From contig OX597823.1 in NCBI GenBank assembly GCA_951406725.2, positions 82,460,001 through 82,524,000 of the forward strand: a stretch of 64,000 nucleotides of DNA. Direction: 5' to 3'. The first letter of the stretch is position 1. The number at the start of each line of letters is the position of its first letter. The notes below the pieces were generated by a model that worked only from the letters and a program-made list of their open reading frames with translations, was not told where the DNA came from and did not search any database. Below are positions 13,938 through 28,400 of the stretch, in pieces. Source of the stretch: Octopus vulgaris (taxonomy: Eukaryota). Made by a program: the position numbers and the translations under genes.

Positions 13938-16900
13938 AGAATAAAAAAGATACTGGCGAACTCCTATAAGTCGACTAATCATTATGAGAATCTTGTAAAT
14001 TTACAATCATAATGACGTGAAATTCAGATTACAATATCTGCCTCACTTTTGTTTCCAAAGACACTGGTATATGATTTGTGGTGCTGTATGTACCCGTATA
14101 AGTAATCAGGTAGCTTTCTTCTATTTTATAACGATGAGTAAACATCGGGTTTTATATTTTGAACTCTGTTTCCTGCAGTCTATTTCAGAGTTGTCATATT
14201 TTACCCTACTTGTTTTACTCGTACAATAGTGTGATAAACGAATGGGGATCTCACAGCAAAATACGAGCTCTCGCTAACGAACACTTAATCTTTGCTAGAT
14301 TTAGTAATTATGTACATGTATGTGCTATTCAAATTAATTTAGGCACATGCACTTAAAAGGCTTCGTGTGTGGAAATATATGAAAATTAATAAATAATATT
14401 CAGAACATATAAGTGTTCCACTCAAATGCATAATTTTTAGATTTAGAATGGAAGTGTAATGAACAAAGGAGCCTGCATGCGATTTAGATAAACTAATTAT
14501 TAAAGACGACTGAATTCTTAAATTATTAATTTCAAATTTCAGTCATCTTTGTTATTTCATAAAACAAGGCTTACGAAAGCTGTAGTGTAATAACAATTGT
14601 TTATGTGTTTGCTTTTACAGACTGAAAGCAAAATACTTTATATTTGAAAGATAAATTATGCTTTTTTTTCATAATTAATTCTTCTATTCAATGATTTCTA
14701 ATGCTTGTGATAAAATCTATCTATATATCGAGTAATTGTTAAGTATTAAATATTTGTATTTAGATGTTAATATCTACATAATTTAATCGATATCGAGGCC
14801 TTAATGTCACAGCATCTGACATAAATTAAAACAAGCTAAAAACAGTTACTATTAATATCTGTTTAGTTAAACTATTAGAGACATGCTTTTCTACATGAAG
14901 GCCTTAGGTAATATTTTGTTTTACTTTATAACTTTATATTCTGTATGAATAAATAGGCGTAAGCATAAAATAATTAATTTGCAATGAAATTAAAACAAAA
15001 ATGTAAATAAGCATTCACGAACAAAACAAAACGACACCATCCAAATATTTCTCTGCTGATTAGAGAAAACAAAACATAATTACATTTATTGCAATGTCAA
15101 AATATATTTATAGAAAATTTTACCATTTAGAAAACAATAACTACTATACATAAAGAATAACACAACAAATTGATCAAGGAACACTGGATATTAAGTGCAA
15201 CATGTGGAGAAAGAGCGACAAACATCTTACCTGGCTTTCTGCTGCAATGGCTGCTCTGAATGCTATCCAACAATATGATTAATGGGGCCTCTATACACAA
15301 TTGCTAGAAACTACATAAGTTTTAGTAGGATGCACAATGTTTAATAAATAACATTAGTGTCAAATTTCCAAGAATATGATTCTACAGAAATGTCTGTATT
15401 TATAAGTTTTTTTTCACATATTGTAGTCTATAATACGTCTGTATTATACATTGTGAGTATCTTCACCAATGCAACTAAATTATTGATAACTTGATAGAGT
15501 AGCTCTGGTCTAAGGAGCCACCTCAAAAAACAATAGCCGATATATAATATTTGCAGCGTAACAAAAAGCTAGACTCAAACCAAACAATTTAATTTAGATA
15601 AACATACAATCTGTAATTTGAAGTTTTATCAAAAACATTGTGTTCTTGAAGTTATATTCTGAATGGTTTAATAAGTATATCATTTCTATCCGGACATAAT
15701 TTACAATAAATTTTAATTGTTCTAAAAAATCTCTTCCACTATATTAAACTCATTAATATGTAACTATTTCCTCTTCTGAAGCTAATTGAAAGTAATCTAG
15801 AAAATGACAAAGCAAAAGATACAATTCTGTAACGTGTATGAATAAGAAGATTGAAAAATATACTACTTCACTTACCATTTAAATTATTATCAGATCTATT
15901 CTTAGTCTGATTAAGACAATGAATAAAATATTTTAAAATTTAACCAAGGTACGACTGAATTAAAATATCTAATGACCAGATTAAGCTATATCGAAGGAAA
16001 AAGTATCTATTGACTGGAAACTATTCTTTTCAGAAGTATATATAATTATATGATTGGTTTCATTTATTGACACTAAAACAGTAACGAACATATAAGTCTC
16101 ATTCATAATAACTTTAAGGGAATTCATAAAAACATTTTATGTCAGGTATTCTGTATCAAATATTTATAAAATTTTAAAGTTACAAATCGAGATGTTACTA
16201 TCTGAAAAGCATATATCTAGAAACCAAGACTACATTGATTAATATATGTTAGCCAATTATTCAGTTAGATGGGAGTGATAAAATAATTATAATTATTCAG
16301 AATATCAGTAAGTAAGCTAAATGTTTATTACTGATGTTTTTCAAGAGTACAAAACCCTTGTTGTTTAGAGATAACTTTGGTAAGCTTCAGAAAATGACCG
16401 AATATAACTCATTGTATTAATATGCAGCTTAATTATTGTTGCCAAATATTATGGTTACGTGACAGCCATTTTGGTTTTCCTACAAGTAGCATTATTGATA
16501 ATTATAACCGAAATAAAAGAGTCGGTTATCTGTCTGAATATAGAATATTATTGGTTGATATTAAACTGTAGGCTATCATAATTTTCTATCTCACTTTTCA
16601 CTAGACTCATGTCATTGGTAGGACATTTTATCAGACAAATCAGAAAATCGAATGCTGTATCTATTCTTAAGAGCAATCTGACCTTCTACGATACATTTGA
16701 ATTTATCCCCAATATACAGAGATACGAAATAAATATAATATCAAAACTGTCCATAAATCTGATTGATAATTATATTTTGTTTGAATATATGATATAACCA
16801 CAAATTATATGCTGTCATTAAGGAACTGTTAATAAAGAGATAAAAACTAAACGAATCCCGATATTATTTATTACATTAAAGGCTTTAATGAATCAACACT

Positions 16901-17499
16901 GATGGTCGTTTACCTAATAAGCTAGAGCCTATTTTGTACATTAACTACAGTTGACATACATAATTTCATTCCGAAACTAGAACTGTACAGTTATTATGTT
17001 AATGCATTTTCTAAGACCAAGCACGCTGAATAGATTATACTTCCTTGAGGAATATCTAATAGTACGGGAAGATCTCCAATTTTTATGAAGTATCTCCGCA
17101 TACTGTAAGCGTAAAAGATCTATTGTATACAGAAGTAAAAAAAAAAATGAATACGACCAACAATCGGCCGTATAAATTGCCAAAATGATTAACGTTTTGT
17201 AATTTGAGAGCGTGAGCTGTTCAGAATACCAGATTATACTTTGAAAGTCCGTAGAAAGACTTAAACTCAGCCTTAATGATTCCGATGCCAAAACACACAA
17301 CGACTTAACAATTGCGGCTCTACAGTTATAAGTTTAAGGAATACAATTCAAATTATAGGAACAGGTATGTAATGATCGTACCAGTTTGTAATGTGTCATG
17401 GATATATAATAATATAGAATATAATTGATATATACATTATAAATACTTATACAGATATGCATATGTACATATAGATATACATATATACACGTATTTATT

Positions 17500-17537
<38 letters not shown>

Positions 17538-18094
17538 ACTACAGGTATATGAAATATTATACAGCATAAATTCTTGATTTATGAAATTCATATCTGACTG
17601 TAGAGGGTGTGTCATCATTACCGCAGGGCAATTAAAATCAGCGCCGTGTCAGAAGGTGAGATTATCACAGGAATCAAAAATTCTCCAATTTTGACTTGAA
17701 AGAGACAGTACTATTGTTTGAATATAAGGAGACGAGTGTTTCTGCTTCAATAGAATTCATCAGCGCAACAGTTGTCAAACATAATCTTTAGCAGTGAAGG
17801 GACTTTGACATATATGCAGAGCAGAACACACGTATGGCTTAAGTAATTTACATTATTTGAAGGAAAATGAGCTAAGAGAAAAAAGTCTGACTGACGCCTA
17901 TTTAACCAGAACACATGTTGGCGAGTTCATGAATGCCCTCTTTTCTCGTGAAAAATTAAATTGTCCTCAACTTTAATGCCTGTTAGTTTTGGAGAATTCT
18001 GGATTCTTGAAATTATCTCCCTTTCTCAAGTGGGGCCGGTCTTAACTGTCATACAATGCGATATATGTAAAATTTAAAGAGATATATAGAAATC

Positions 18095-18260
18095 CATATA
18101 TATATATTTATGTATGTGTATACACACATATACATATATATGCATATATATATATATATATGTATATATATATTATATATATATATGTATATATATATGA
18201 TATATATAATATATATACTTTACATATATTACATATATCTAATATATAATATATATATAA

Positions 18261-18303
<43 letters not shown>

Positions 18304-18350
18304 TATACTTTACATATATTACATATATCTAATATATAATATATATATAA

Positions 18351-18385
<35 letters not shown>

Positions 18386-18410
18386 TACAGATATAAATAT
18401 ATGTATAAAT
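18095..18410. repeat. (TA)-derived compound repeat with an internal ~90-bp duplication
   Basis: atatatactttacatatattacatatatctaatatataat occurs at 18211 and 18301. Confidence 0.9.
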
Positions 18411-21328
18411 ATGAGTGGTTTTCTTTATGTCTTCAAATGAAAATCGAATGATTTTGAAGTTAAATCATAACATCAGACTTAAAAGCCTGTTGCATATACC
18501 AAAGTGAAATCTATGGTTTTTTTTACCATTATAGCATAATACCATCGGTTTCTTATTTTCTTTAAGGCTGCGCTGAATTATAGTCCTATGAATAAATTCG
18601 TTAATTTTCGTCTCCCAATTCACTGATGTTTCGGAGAGAAAAAATACCGAAAGAACACTTTTTGTGACTGCATGATATATAAAAATCACATTATTTTTGT
18701 GACCACTGATATAAAGGAAATTCGAAGGCAAGAGGGCAGATGAATAATAACATTGCTCCGATATACTTTTTATCTTAATTTTCATGCAGATTCATTGTTT
18801 ATGTTATTCAAATACAACATAATTATTACAACTGTTATATGTTGCTAGGTTTTTCCAATCTCGCATTTTCCCCTCCACTTTCTTCACTTTTCTTTTCTAT
18901 GGGTCTCACTCATGCACAATCTTCATCTTTCGAATGGCTGTGATGTGTTTGTATAATTCTAAATTCCCGATTAAAAGGGCATTTCCGTTTATTAATACAT
19001 TTAGATAAACTGATAATCTTTTTATAAATTTATATATATATATGTGTACATAAATTTATAAGCGTGTGTACATCAATGCTCATTCATGTATTTTCATATT
19101 TAGGGAAAACAGTTGATTGTGAAACACATTTTAGACATGCTTCTCACCTAGAGGAATGTTTTTTTTCTAACGTTGCTCTTTAAATGTTTCTTTATTATTA
19201 GATAACAGTTAATTTGAAATATGTTCCCAAGTCAATTAACATTTCTTGACGTCTGCAAGTTTCTGAATGAAGTGTGCATGAAAACTATGTCTATTGCCAT
19301 GCTTTTATTAACTACATATATTTAGCTGGTATCTGCAAATTAGCTCCATTTACTTATAACTACTTTCATTTATTGCACAAGTGTTCTTTCGATATTTACG
19401 CAGTATATTTAGTATAGTTTCAAATCGTTTAGCACATTTAACTCTGGTGAAGACTTTCTGAGTCATCTTTCTTTTCGAGCCTAGTACAAAATGTGAGGCC
19501 GAGTTTCTACAACGTATGAAATATTGCCGTGTCCAATCAGTTCGACTTCCATACTTTAGGCGTTGGAAAATAAACAACCATTCCGACACGGTGGTTGATA
19601 GAACCCGTTGTATCTTTTATATATTTCCGCCTGTCACTTTTCAAACGATATTTTGCCTTGGTTATAAGTGACGAGTGTTGGACTCCGCCAGTTCTGAAAA
19701 TGTCAAAAACAGGCATCTACATCACGACAGCTCATCTACACCTCGGAGTTGATGACTAAAGCGAGGCAATTTAAGTCAATTTCAAGTGCTACATAAGCAA
19801 CAATACTTTTGTGTCTACTTTATTAGGAGGATAACAAGAGATCTTCAAATTTTGCAGTTATTGCTCGATACTAAAGAAAAGATATATACATGAAATATTA
19901 TATTATATTATAATTTATATATAATATTATATAATATATATATATATATACATATGCTTGGTCAGTCGATAATTTAAACGATGTATGGTGGAATATTAAT
20001 GAATTCCACTAATTTACGCAAGAGACATGCATATACATGCATACATACACAAACGTAAATGTACGCTGATATACACTGACACATCCATCCATCCACACAT
20101 ACATACATAAGGCAATAACATATTTGCTGGGATAAAAATATTTAACATTATTGATAAAATATTTAACATTCTATTTGTTAGGAAATATATTTGTCCGGTC
20201 TTATAGCATAACTTAAGGTATGTTAAAATTTTTGACCTCAGATACTTTCTAATTCAAAACAGTATCCTTACTTGTTGATAAAATATTTTCTACAGAATTC
20301 CTTTGTTATGAAACCCTAGCCAGAATATAGCAGATGTGTGAATGACACCTGGTTTCACGGTAAGCAATAAAAACTTGATAGTTTTATATAGTCATTATAA
20401 TTCACTCCGATTTCCTCTTATTGGAGTGTTGGAACTAAGTAACGGAACAATAATCATTATTAAGTTGATACTTTGGCTTACGACAACTAAAGGAGCCTTT
20501 AAGGGTAATATCACGTGGTAGTTCGTGCTGTTAGAAGTAGTGCTTAATTATCATTGAAATTGAATCTCACTGTCTTGTGAAATAAACGCATATTTGATAC
20601 TGTAGTTCCAGATATACACTAGATGTGGTGATCACGGCTGGAATATATCTGATTATAATTCTGTTCAGTCGGCTCTGAGCTAGTGCTAAATAACAACAAC
20701 TGCACTACGTATATATCTGTAATTAAGTAGATTGGACAAGAGAACTTCAAATGTTTTAGTGAACAAGAGTGATGAGCTCAGGTAAAAACAACCAGTCACA
20801 AGTCAATGAGCATCAAGAGACTCGATGAACTTGGTCAATCGATAATTCAAACGATGTATGGTGGAATATTAACGAATTCCTCTAATTTACGCAAGAGATA
20901 CTTGACAATAACTTGACAGTTTAATTACTGTGCAAGCCTCTAAGAATATCAACCATAGAGATAAATATTCATGTGTGGTTATAACTGCTGCATTGAGCGT
21001 GTGGACGATATTCTCAATTGTCATAATCACGACTGCACAGAGACATAGAGCATAGATATCATTCTCTAATGTAAGAAGCATAATTAAAAAGTACACCGTT
21101 AACTATCAATAATGTATGCGCCTTTAAGACGGGTGAAAGCAACATTTTTTTTTATTTAGAGTGAAACATCACTTAGTACTTCATTATGTACCGATCATGG
21201 GTTTGAGTGATACAAGAAGTGTATAATAAATGAGTTTTCATGTTTCTGCACTAATAAGAATAACTCTTTCTTCTGCCGATTAGCCTGTAATATTCTGAGA
21301 CTATCTTCAGTAAAATTATAGATTTGAT

Positions 21329-21376
<48 letters not shown>

Positions 21377-24236
21377 GGGTGTATAACTCCAAACTTACAG
21401 GGAAAAATTCAATTTAGTATTAAATCAAATTTCACAATATAAATATAAAAACATAAATTAGAGATAATTTATATTTTATATAAATTATATATATATGTAT
21501 TATAAAAGAACAAATGGAGTTAAACATTTACGATGGCTGTTACGGTAGAACTTTATGTATTTCTAGATTGCATTGCATCATAGCATATATTCCGCCATCT
21601 TCATTTATTTTAAACAGGTGAATATCTGATGCTGGATTATATGCTATGATGTAATCTAGGAATACTTCGAACATTTTTACCGAAATAGCACTTGTGAATT
21701 TTAAACCCCCAATTTGAGTACTTTTTTATACCTACGCCGCACCTAGAATCTGCTAAGTTGGATCTACGGTTTAAATTGAATCTGGTACTTACATATCTAC
21801 AGTATCATACTAAGACTACTAAGGTATAATATACTTTCATGGTTGTTTTATTTCACTATACATGTATGTATGTATGTATGTATGTATATGCATATGTGTG
21901 TTTATAAAATGTGTCCAGCCGTCAAAACTGATATAGCTTAAGTGATGGAATTGTCCATGATTTTACTCGGGTTCTGAATTGGCCAATAGTGAGACCTACT
22001 TTCATAGAAAGTTGATTCACTTGATATAGCACGCCACAGCAGCAAGATAACTGCTCATACAATTCAGAAATCTCAAGAAAATTGAAATTTATAAACAATG
22101 ATTTACACTTTCCTCACTTTATTAGAAAATGTACAAGCGCTCGTAGCAATGTTTGTACCCACAGAAATGTGTACAATAAGAGCGGAAATATATTCGCACC
22201 AGTTTCAAGAAACTGAATCTGGATATTGTAGCCTGACATACCAACACGCAATTTACTCTTTATTATAGGTATTTGTTTGCATATATGCTTTTTCAGTATG
22301 TTAAACTATGCTAATTCGTTTAGAGCTTAGGTTTAATTGAATAATAGATCTCAGCAAATAAGTTATCTTTATCCTTATGTTAACAATGGTTATATTGTAA
22401 AAGGGTGGTTGAAAGAAAATCGTCACTTATCATCATATAATCACTTATCACTATTAAAAACGATATATGAACAGCATATCATTTCCTCTATACAGCAAAC
22501 ATCAATGAACTATAGGTTAGAAGCACATGAATTAGGTGTAAAAGTAAAATTCTCAACTTGGCTGGAAAATAAAAAACATTCATCGTTAATGTTTGGCTAG
22601 AAAGAAGAAGAATACATAAAAAAAAACATTTGTAATAATACAATTGCATAATTTAACGAAAATCTGAAAACAGAATTGTCTTTTTTTTACGCCTTGTTTG
22701 TTTGAAAAAACCAGCAGCATATTGAGAGCTGATTCTTTTGACCTATTAATATTAAATAGAAACCGTTGATAGTTGAAAATGAAAGTACGATTTCTATAAA
22801 TATTTTTGGTCAAAAATACCCATTGAAGCAGACAGTGACTAATAGTGGTACGAGACTTGCTGATATCCTGATGAGAGCATGGGAACATTTTAACTATATT
22901 TACTGAAACTAAATTCGCATCCTTAGAAATGTTGTATTTCCCAAAGGATATATAACACTAAAGTTCTTAACATGTTTTTCCGAGAAAAAAATTAGTAAAA
23001 GCACATTTTAAAATTGATCTAGCTTGAACAATACCTCTTTACAACACTTATCATTTTCTTAATATATGATAAATTAGCTGCAATTTCTATGATTGAATCT
23101 GAATTATGTGAATAGTTCGTTTCCGTTATCACCAAAACGTGGAAAGTTGGGATATTTTTATTAACGTTGTCCCTAATTATACTCAGGTCTTGTAGGTAAA
23201 TTTTTTCCTAAAAGGCCTGATATCAACTGCAAAGAAACAAAACTATTGTTGGTTTAATTAGTCATGTGTTATAGTTAAGCAAATATTATTTGTTAATATA
23301 CCAGTACCTTTTTTTAAAGCAGACGAGGAGAAATGAGGGGCAGAGAAGTCAACAGTTAGTGATTCAGAATTTTTGCAGTGAATTGTTTTATTATAACAAG
23401 TGCTGCTTACAAGTTAGCTCCAATGCCCCGCAGCGAAGCTCTGGAGTGAGAGATAGAGTTAGAGAGACAGAGATTGAGAGAGACAGATAGAGATAACTCG
23501 TTAGGTTGAATTCGTAAGAACTAATAGACGTGAGTTTCACAAGAGACATGCATAAAAGTTAAGAAAAGAGTGTCAAATGCACCGATGCTTCCGTTATGGA
23601 ATCATCAGAGTTCCTGATAATTTCTATTCACAGCCGGTGAAAGATCAAAGGTAACCTTTAAGAAAGCACGAAGACACTATATATATATATATATATATGA
23701 GTCTATAAACATATATAATATATACACATATATAAAATATATGAATATATGTACATGTATATATATAATATATATAACTATGTATATATATATATAATAC
23801 GTATGCATATATATATTTATAGACAAAATATATACATGCCTACACACACATATATATATATATTATACATATCTATGTGTATATATACGTATGTGCATAT
23901 ATGTATATATACATGACGTTTTATATATTTCTTGGAGGATTTAATTGTTTTCATTTTTAGAATTCTTCAATTAAACTCTATATCTCGATAAAATATTTAT
24001 CATTTACTATTGTTTGACATTCATTGGGTGTTCAGAAGCGCTTTCAAGCATTTTGTTTCAGTAAGCTTAAATAATATTAAGGCAGATTAGTCAAACATTA
24101 TTGGGAAATGAATTAATTTTTAAATCTACTTTTCCTATTATTTATATCCTTAATTCATGTTATTAAAATAATTTTTGTCACAACGCTAAAAAATTTAACT
24201 TCTAATGGTAACTTTCTTTATCATTTAATACATATA

Positions 24237-24301
<65 letters not shown>

Positions 24302-25256
24302 ATATATATAACAAGAGCTTTTGAAGCGCCTATATTTCACTACTTTTATAAAAAGCACTTTTCGAATAAAAATTATTTCCAATTATTTTCATTGTTACAT
24401 TTTTTATAGTTTATGGAGAAAAAAAAACGCTCTGACCAAATGGGAAAATTTAGATAGATTTTTTTGTTTGTTCTTAAATAGTTTGCCTTTTATTTCATTT
24501 TCTATGTTCAAGTCTCTTTTCAGTTAAATACAAAATTGTGCCAAGGGTTCGACTTTTTAAAGGGTAATATCTAGAAGTCCTTTTTCACTCACCATTTTGA
24601 GAGAGGTCGATTTATGCAGTGTATATTTAGAAATAGCTAAACATGAATATCTCTTATGTTTGAATTTATAATTAAAATTTAAGATCAGGGAAGTTTAGGC
24701 TGCCGCTCGGGATTACAGCACGAATTCATAGTAGTCTCACTCAACGTGCCGGTTTTCTATAATTCTTAAAAGATTAGGTAAGCAGTTTTTCTTTCATGTC
24801 CTTTGAACTTAAGCTTATAATAAAAAAGTTAATTAATCTAAGATATAAAGAAGGGGAATTAAAATAGGTGATATTTGTTTTTGTTTTTTAAGTTTTATAT
24901 TAAAAAGTGTTTTCTGTAATTTCTGTTGTAGCTTTAATTTTGCCAGAGAGGGAAATATAACATTATAATAGGACGAATGCGATAGAGGGGTTATAAATAG
25001 ACATTATATATATAATATAACTTAAATAATATACTGTTAAATTAACAAAGCGCGACATTTTAAAAATTGGTTTGATAATTGATCTTATATTTCATGTTTC
25101 AATGCATATGTACCACAGTATATCATTATATATACCTATAGCTGCATATATATATATACATATATATATATATAAATATATATGTATATTTAGACTCACA
25201 TATATATGATATATACATATGTATACGTATATATATATATGTATTTTGAACTTTAT

Positions 25257-25287
<31 letters not shown>

Positions 25288-25661
25288 GTTTACATTTTTT
25301 AAATATATTAACTAGTTGCCTATATATATTTAATGGCATATATATATAATACAGACAAATGCATATGCTTGTTATAAGTTCATTAGATAAGACCACAAAT
25401 GTGCCTGATTGATAAGGTTACATGCACATTTTTTTACGATTCCAGCAAAAAAGCGATACACATTGAACAATTTGTTTTACTAGACAAATATAAGATCAGC
25501 AATGGCGGTAAATAACAATGCCAATATTTTTTGTGTAATGTTCATGTTTTCTTCACATTTTGTAAAAAAATTGTTGTTGCTACTGTAAAAACTGTTCATA
25601 TGAAAAATCTATGTTATCAGTCTTTTTTGTTGTATTTGTTTTTCTTTTGTGTTGATTTTCC

Positions 25662-25735
25662 CTATTCCTTGGTCGAGCTGACTTTTTTTTCTTCACTCAT
25701 TGTCCGACGTTCTTGAGTGGTCGTAGAAGTTACGC
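25662..25735 (-). CDS. NF60-like terminal coding exon: (G)VTSTTTQERRTMSEEKKVSSTKE*
   Basis: Acceptor atttcag|GC matches the phase-1 donor at 26582; TAG at 25662-25664; resembles the squid NF60 C-terminus (...QERRSMSEEKK...) as recalled. Confidence 0.85.
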
Positions 25736-26440
25736 CTGAAATATGTAATTTTTGGCCTGTCAGAAGGGAGGAGTAGGAAACATATCGCAGAAGGAAATAT
25801 AGTACTAACGAAGAAGGATATAAGGATCACAGAACGGACAGATAAGTGCGTGCAAGAATTTAGTCCAATTGCAGCATCATGCAAGGTAAATCTAATTTCA
25901 TGTAAATTACTAAACAAGTGTTTTAGTATTTCTTTTTCCATTTGAGATAAGCAAATTCTACAGAAGATAGCTTTGTTTGTGCAGAAATTAATAATTGAGT
26001 AAAGGAAAATAGCACACACACAAGAAAAGAAAATTACTAAATTGTAAAGTACCGTTTTGAAGAATGGTACGCTTATTACCAGATTTATAGTATGGAAAAT
26101 AGAAAAACTGGTTAGATTGTGGCGAGAGAAAGGAGTTGTTAGAAAGAAGACAAAGATGTTTTGTAGAAAGCACTTTGTTAACATGTCTGTATCTGCAAGC
26201 TACAATATATATCTGCACTATGTGTTAGCTATAAACTGAGTGATTTGAATCGTTGGAACAACTTAATTTGGAAGGATTCTTGTGACAAGTAAACTGTACA
26301 TATGAATAAGAATGTGATTATAAAAAATATAGGATTATATACACCCCCACCATATGTGTATGCAAGCTATTGTACATTTAATAGTATAAGGTAATATACA
26401 AAGTACATATGTACATCCATATATATTACGTATAAATGAA

Positions 26441-26487
<47 letters not shown>

Positions 26488-26581
26488 CATATGTACAAAC
26501 TTCTGATTTTTTTCTGTTTTACTAATATAATTATAAATGAGTAGCACCACGTCGTTTGTACACTTTGGCTCTAATACGCAC

Positions 26582-26694
26582 CACCGGTAGCCTCATAACT
26601 GCTTTCTGATGACTTGGTGAGCATGGTAGACAGCACTTCTGCCTCACTAGTTCTGGATCCGACAACTTGTTCCACTATCTGCTTCATCCCAATT
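26582..26694 (-). CDS. Linker exon shared by NF60- and NF70-like isoforms, 113 nt: (R)IGMKQIVEQVVGSRTSEAEVLSTMLTKSSESSYEATG
   Basis: Acceptor tttgtttgtgccaacag|A (phase 2 in); donor GGT G|gtgcgt (phase 1 out); resembles squid VGMKQIVEQVVG...YEATG as recalled. Confidence 0.9.
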
Positions 26695-26815
26695 CTGTTG
26701 GCACAAACAAACAACCAAAAGAAAAAACAAGGTAGAAAAAAATGTCTTCTTAAAAACCTACTGCATTTTTTTAAATCTTCGAGTGCGTTGTCCTTTCTTT
26801 CGTTCTCTTTCTCAC

Positions 26816-26866
26816 CTGGTTACTATTTCACAACGTACCATTTTCCTGTTGACTTCCATAACTTGC
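26816..26866 (-). CDS. Candidate 51-nt cassette exon: (R)QVMEVNRKMVRCEIVT(R)
   Basis: Acceptor catcacag|G, strong donor CAG|gtgaga, phase 2/2, no stop, 121 nt upstream of the linker exon. No transcript evidence. Confidence 0.5.
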
Positions 26867-27947
26867 CTGTGATGCATTTTGGGAACAATGAGAGCAGTAC
26901 CAAAGCCTGTTCTGAGTGCTTAATACCTTAATATTATTAAAAATCAAGTAAAAGCCCTCTATTATTATATTTCTCCTATTGTACAAAATGTCTTTACCTC
27001 TTTCTGTCATGTTTCTTTTGCCATCAAAGTATAATAAGAAAAATAATAAAATTACACATTGAATATATTTTTGCGAAAAACAAAACAAAATATGTAGTAG
27101 TTGGAAGACGGGAACACACAAGTTGAATGTTTGTTAGCAAACATTGAGTTTGAGGAGAATCAACTTTTAGTTCATATACATATATATATATATGAAATAA
27201 ACAACATTTATCTTCCAGATTTATCTCTTAAGTATACTATTGATAATGTTAAAATATATAATAAAAGGGCTACTTTCGAATTAAGTTACATAATTATATT
27301 ACTAATATATGAACAGAATGCAAAATTTTATTATATTTAATAATTAAAAATATTGCTATTACTACCGTTTTCTTCATTTGGCAAGGTTAACATGCATCTA
27401 GTATGTTTAATATTTTTTAATACTGATTATGTATCAAAATTACTGTTGTGGTATTCTTAAACTTACATCATACAGTACAAAGCATTGTTGTATAAAAAAT
27501 AATTAAAATTTAACGTTATATCTCGAATCACGTTAATAAATTCGTTTGAATATGAAAATATATATAATTTTTTTTTTTTTATCATTGAGCAACTCATTCT
27601 CTGATTTTGAATCTATCGGCTTCCAATGTTTAATACAGTAGCATACGTCATTCAGACTTCTTAAATTGATTTCTTGATAATATTAGAAGATACTAAAAGT
27701 GAAAATCTGAAAGGAATAGACAGAGGCTTTCAATTAAATTTCCTGGTCAGTAGATAGACATGAAGAAACCTGGAGAATTTATATGAACAAAAACTTCCAG
27801 GATATAATACTTTATTTTGAATACTACATAATACTACATATTTTGCGGTAATTTTATTTTGAGAAAATTTAGGATTCATTGTTCCTTGATAAACATTTAT
27901 TTCCGCAAAATCTATTGAAGCTGAAATATTTTCACAGACCCATTGTA

Positions 27948-27980
27948 ATTATATATATGTATATATATATATACACACAC

Positions 27981-28064
<84 letters not shown>

Positions 28065-28400
28065 GTATTTAAATATATACATATATATATATATATATAT
28101 ACACATATATATTAATATATATGTATATATATTATTTATTTATATCTATATATACATATATATAAATATATAGTAATATACATGCATACACAATCACATA
28201 TACACATATAATATAGATACATATATATATGAGTACATGTTTAATCACACATAAACACACATACACAAATATTCATACAGGTACATATATGCGTATATAT
28301 ATATATATATATATATATATAACATAAAATATATACATAGATGCATATATCCATATATATATATACGTATATATGTATGTATATATATATATATTCATTT
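27948..28400. repeat. Compound (TA)/(CA) microsatellite field
   Basis: Directly visible. Confidence 0.9.

Noticed and set aside
17725-17770. Second hammerhead-like core (CTGATGA...GAAAC...GTC) on the minus strand; similar partial hits near 23600 and 2245
   Set aside because: Stem I does not pair, or the GAAA core is missing.
25693-26239. ORFs of 60-163 aa in the intron before the NF60-like exon
   Set aside because: Low-complexity composition, no recognisable domain, and a different frame from the true exon.
25421-27396. UGCAUG (Rbfox) motifs near the NF60/linker exons (25421, 25878, 27391 on the minus strand)
   Set aside because: The hexamer is common in this ATGC-rich low-complexity background; not supportable without conservation data.
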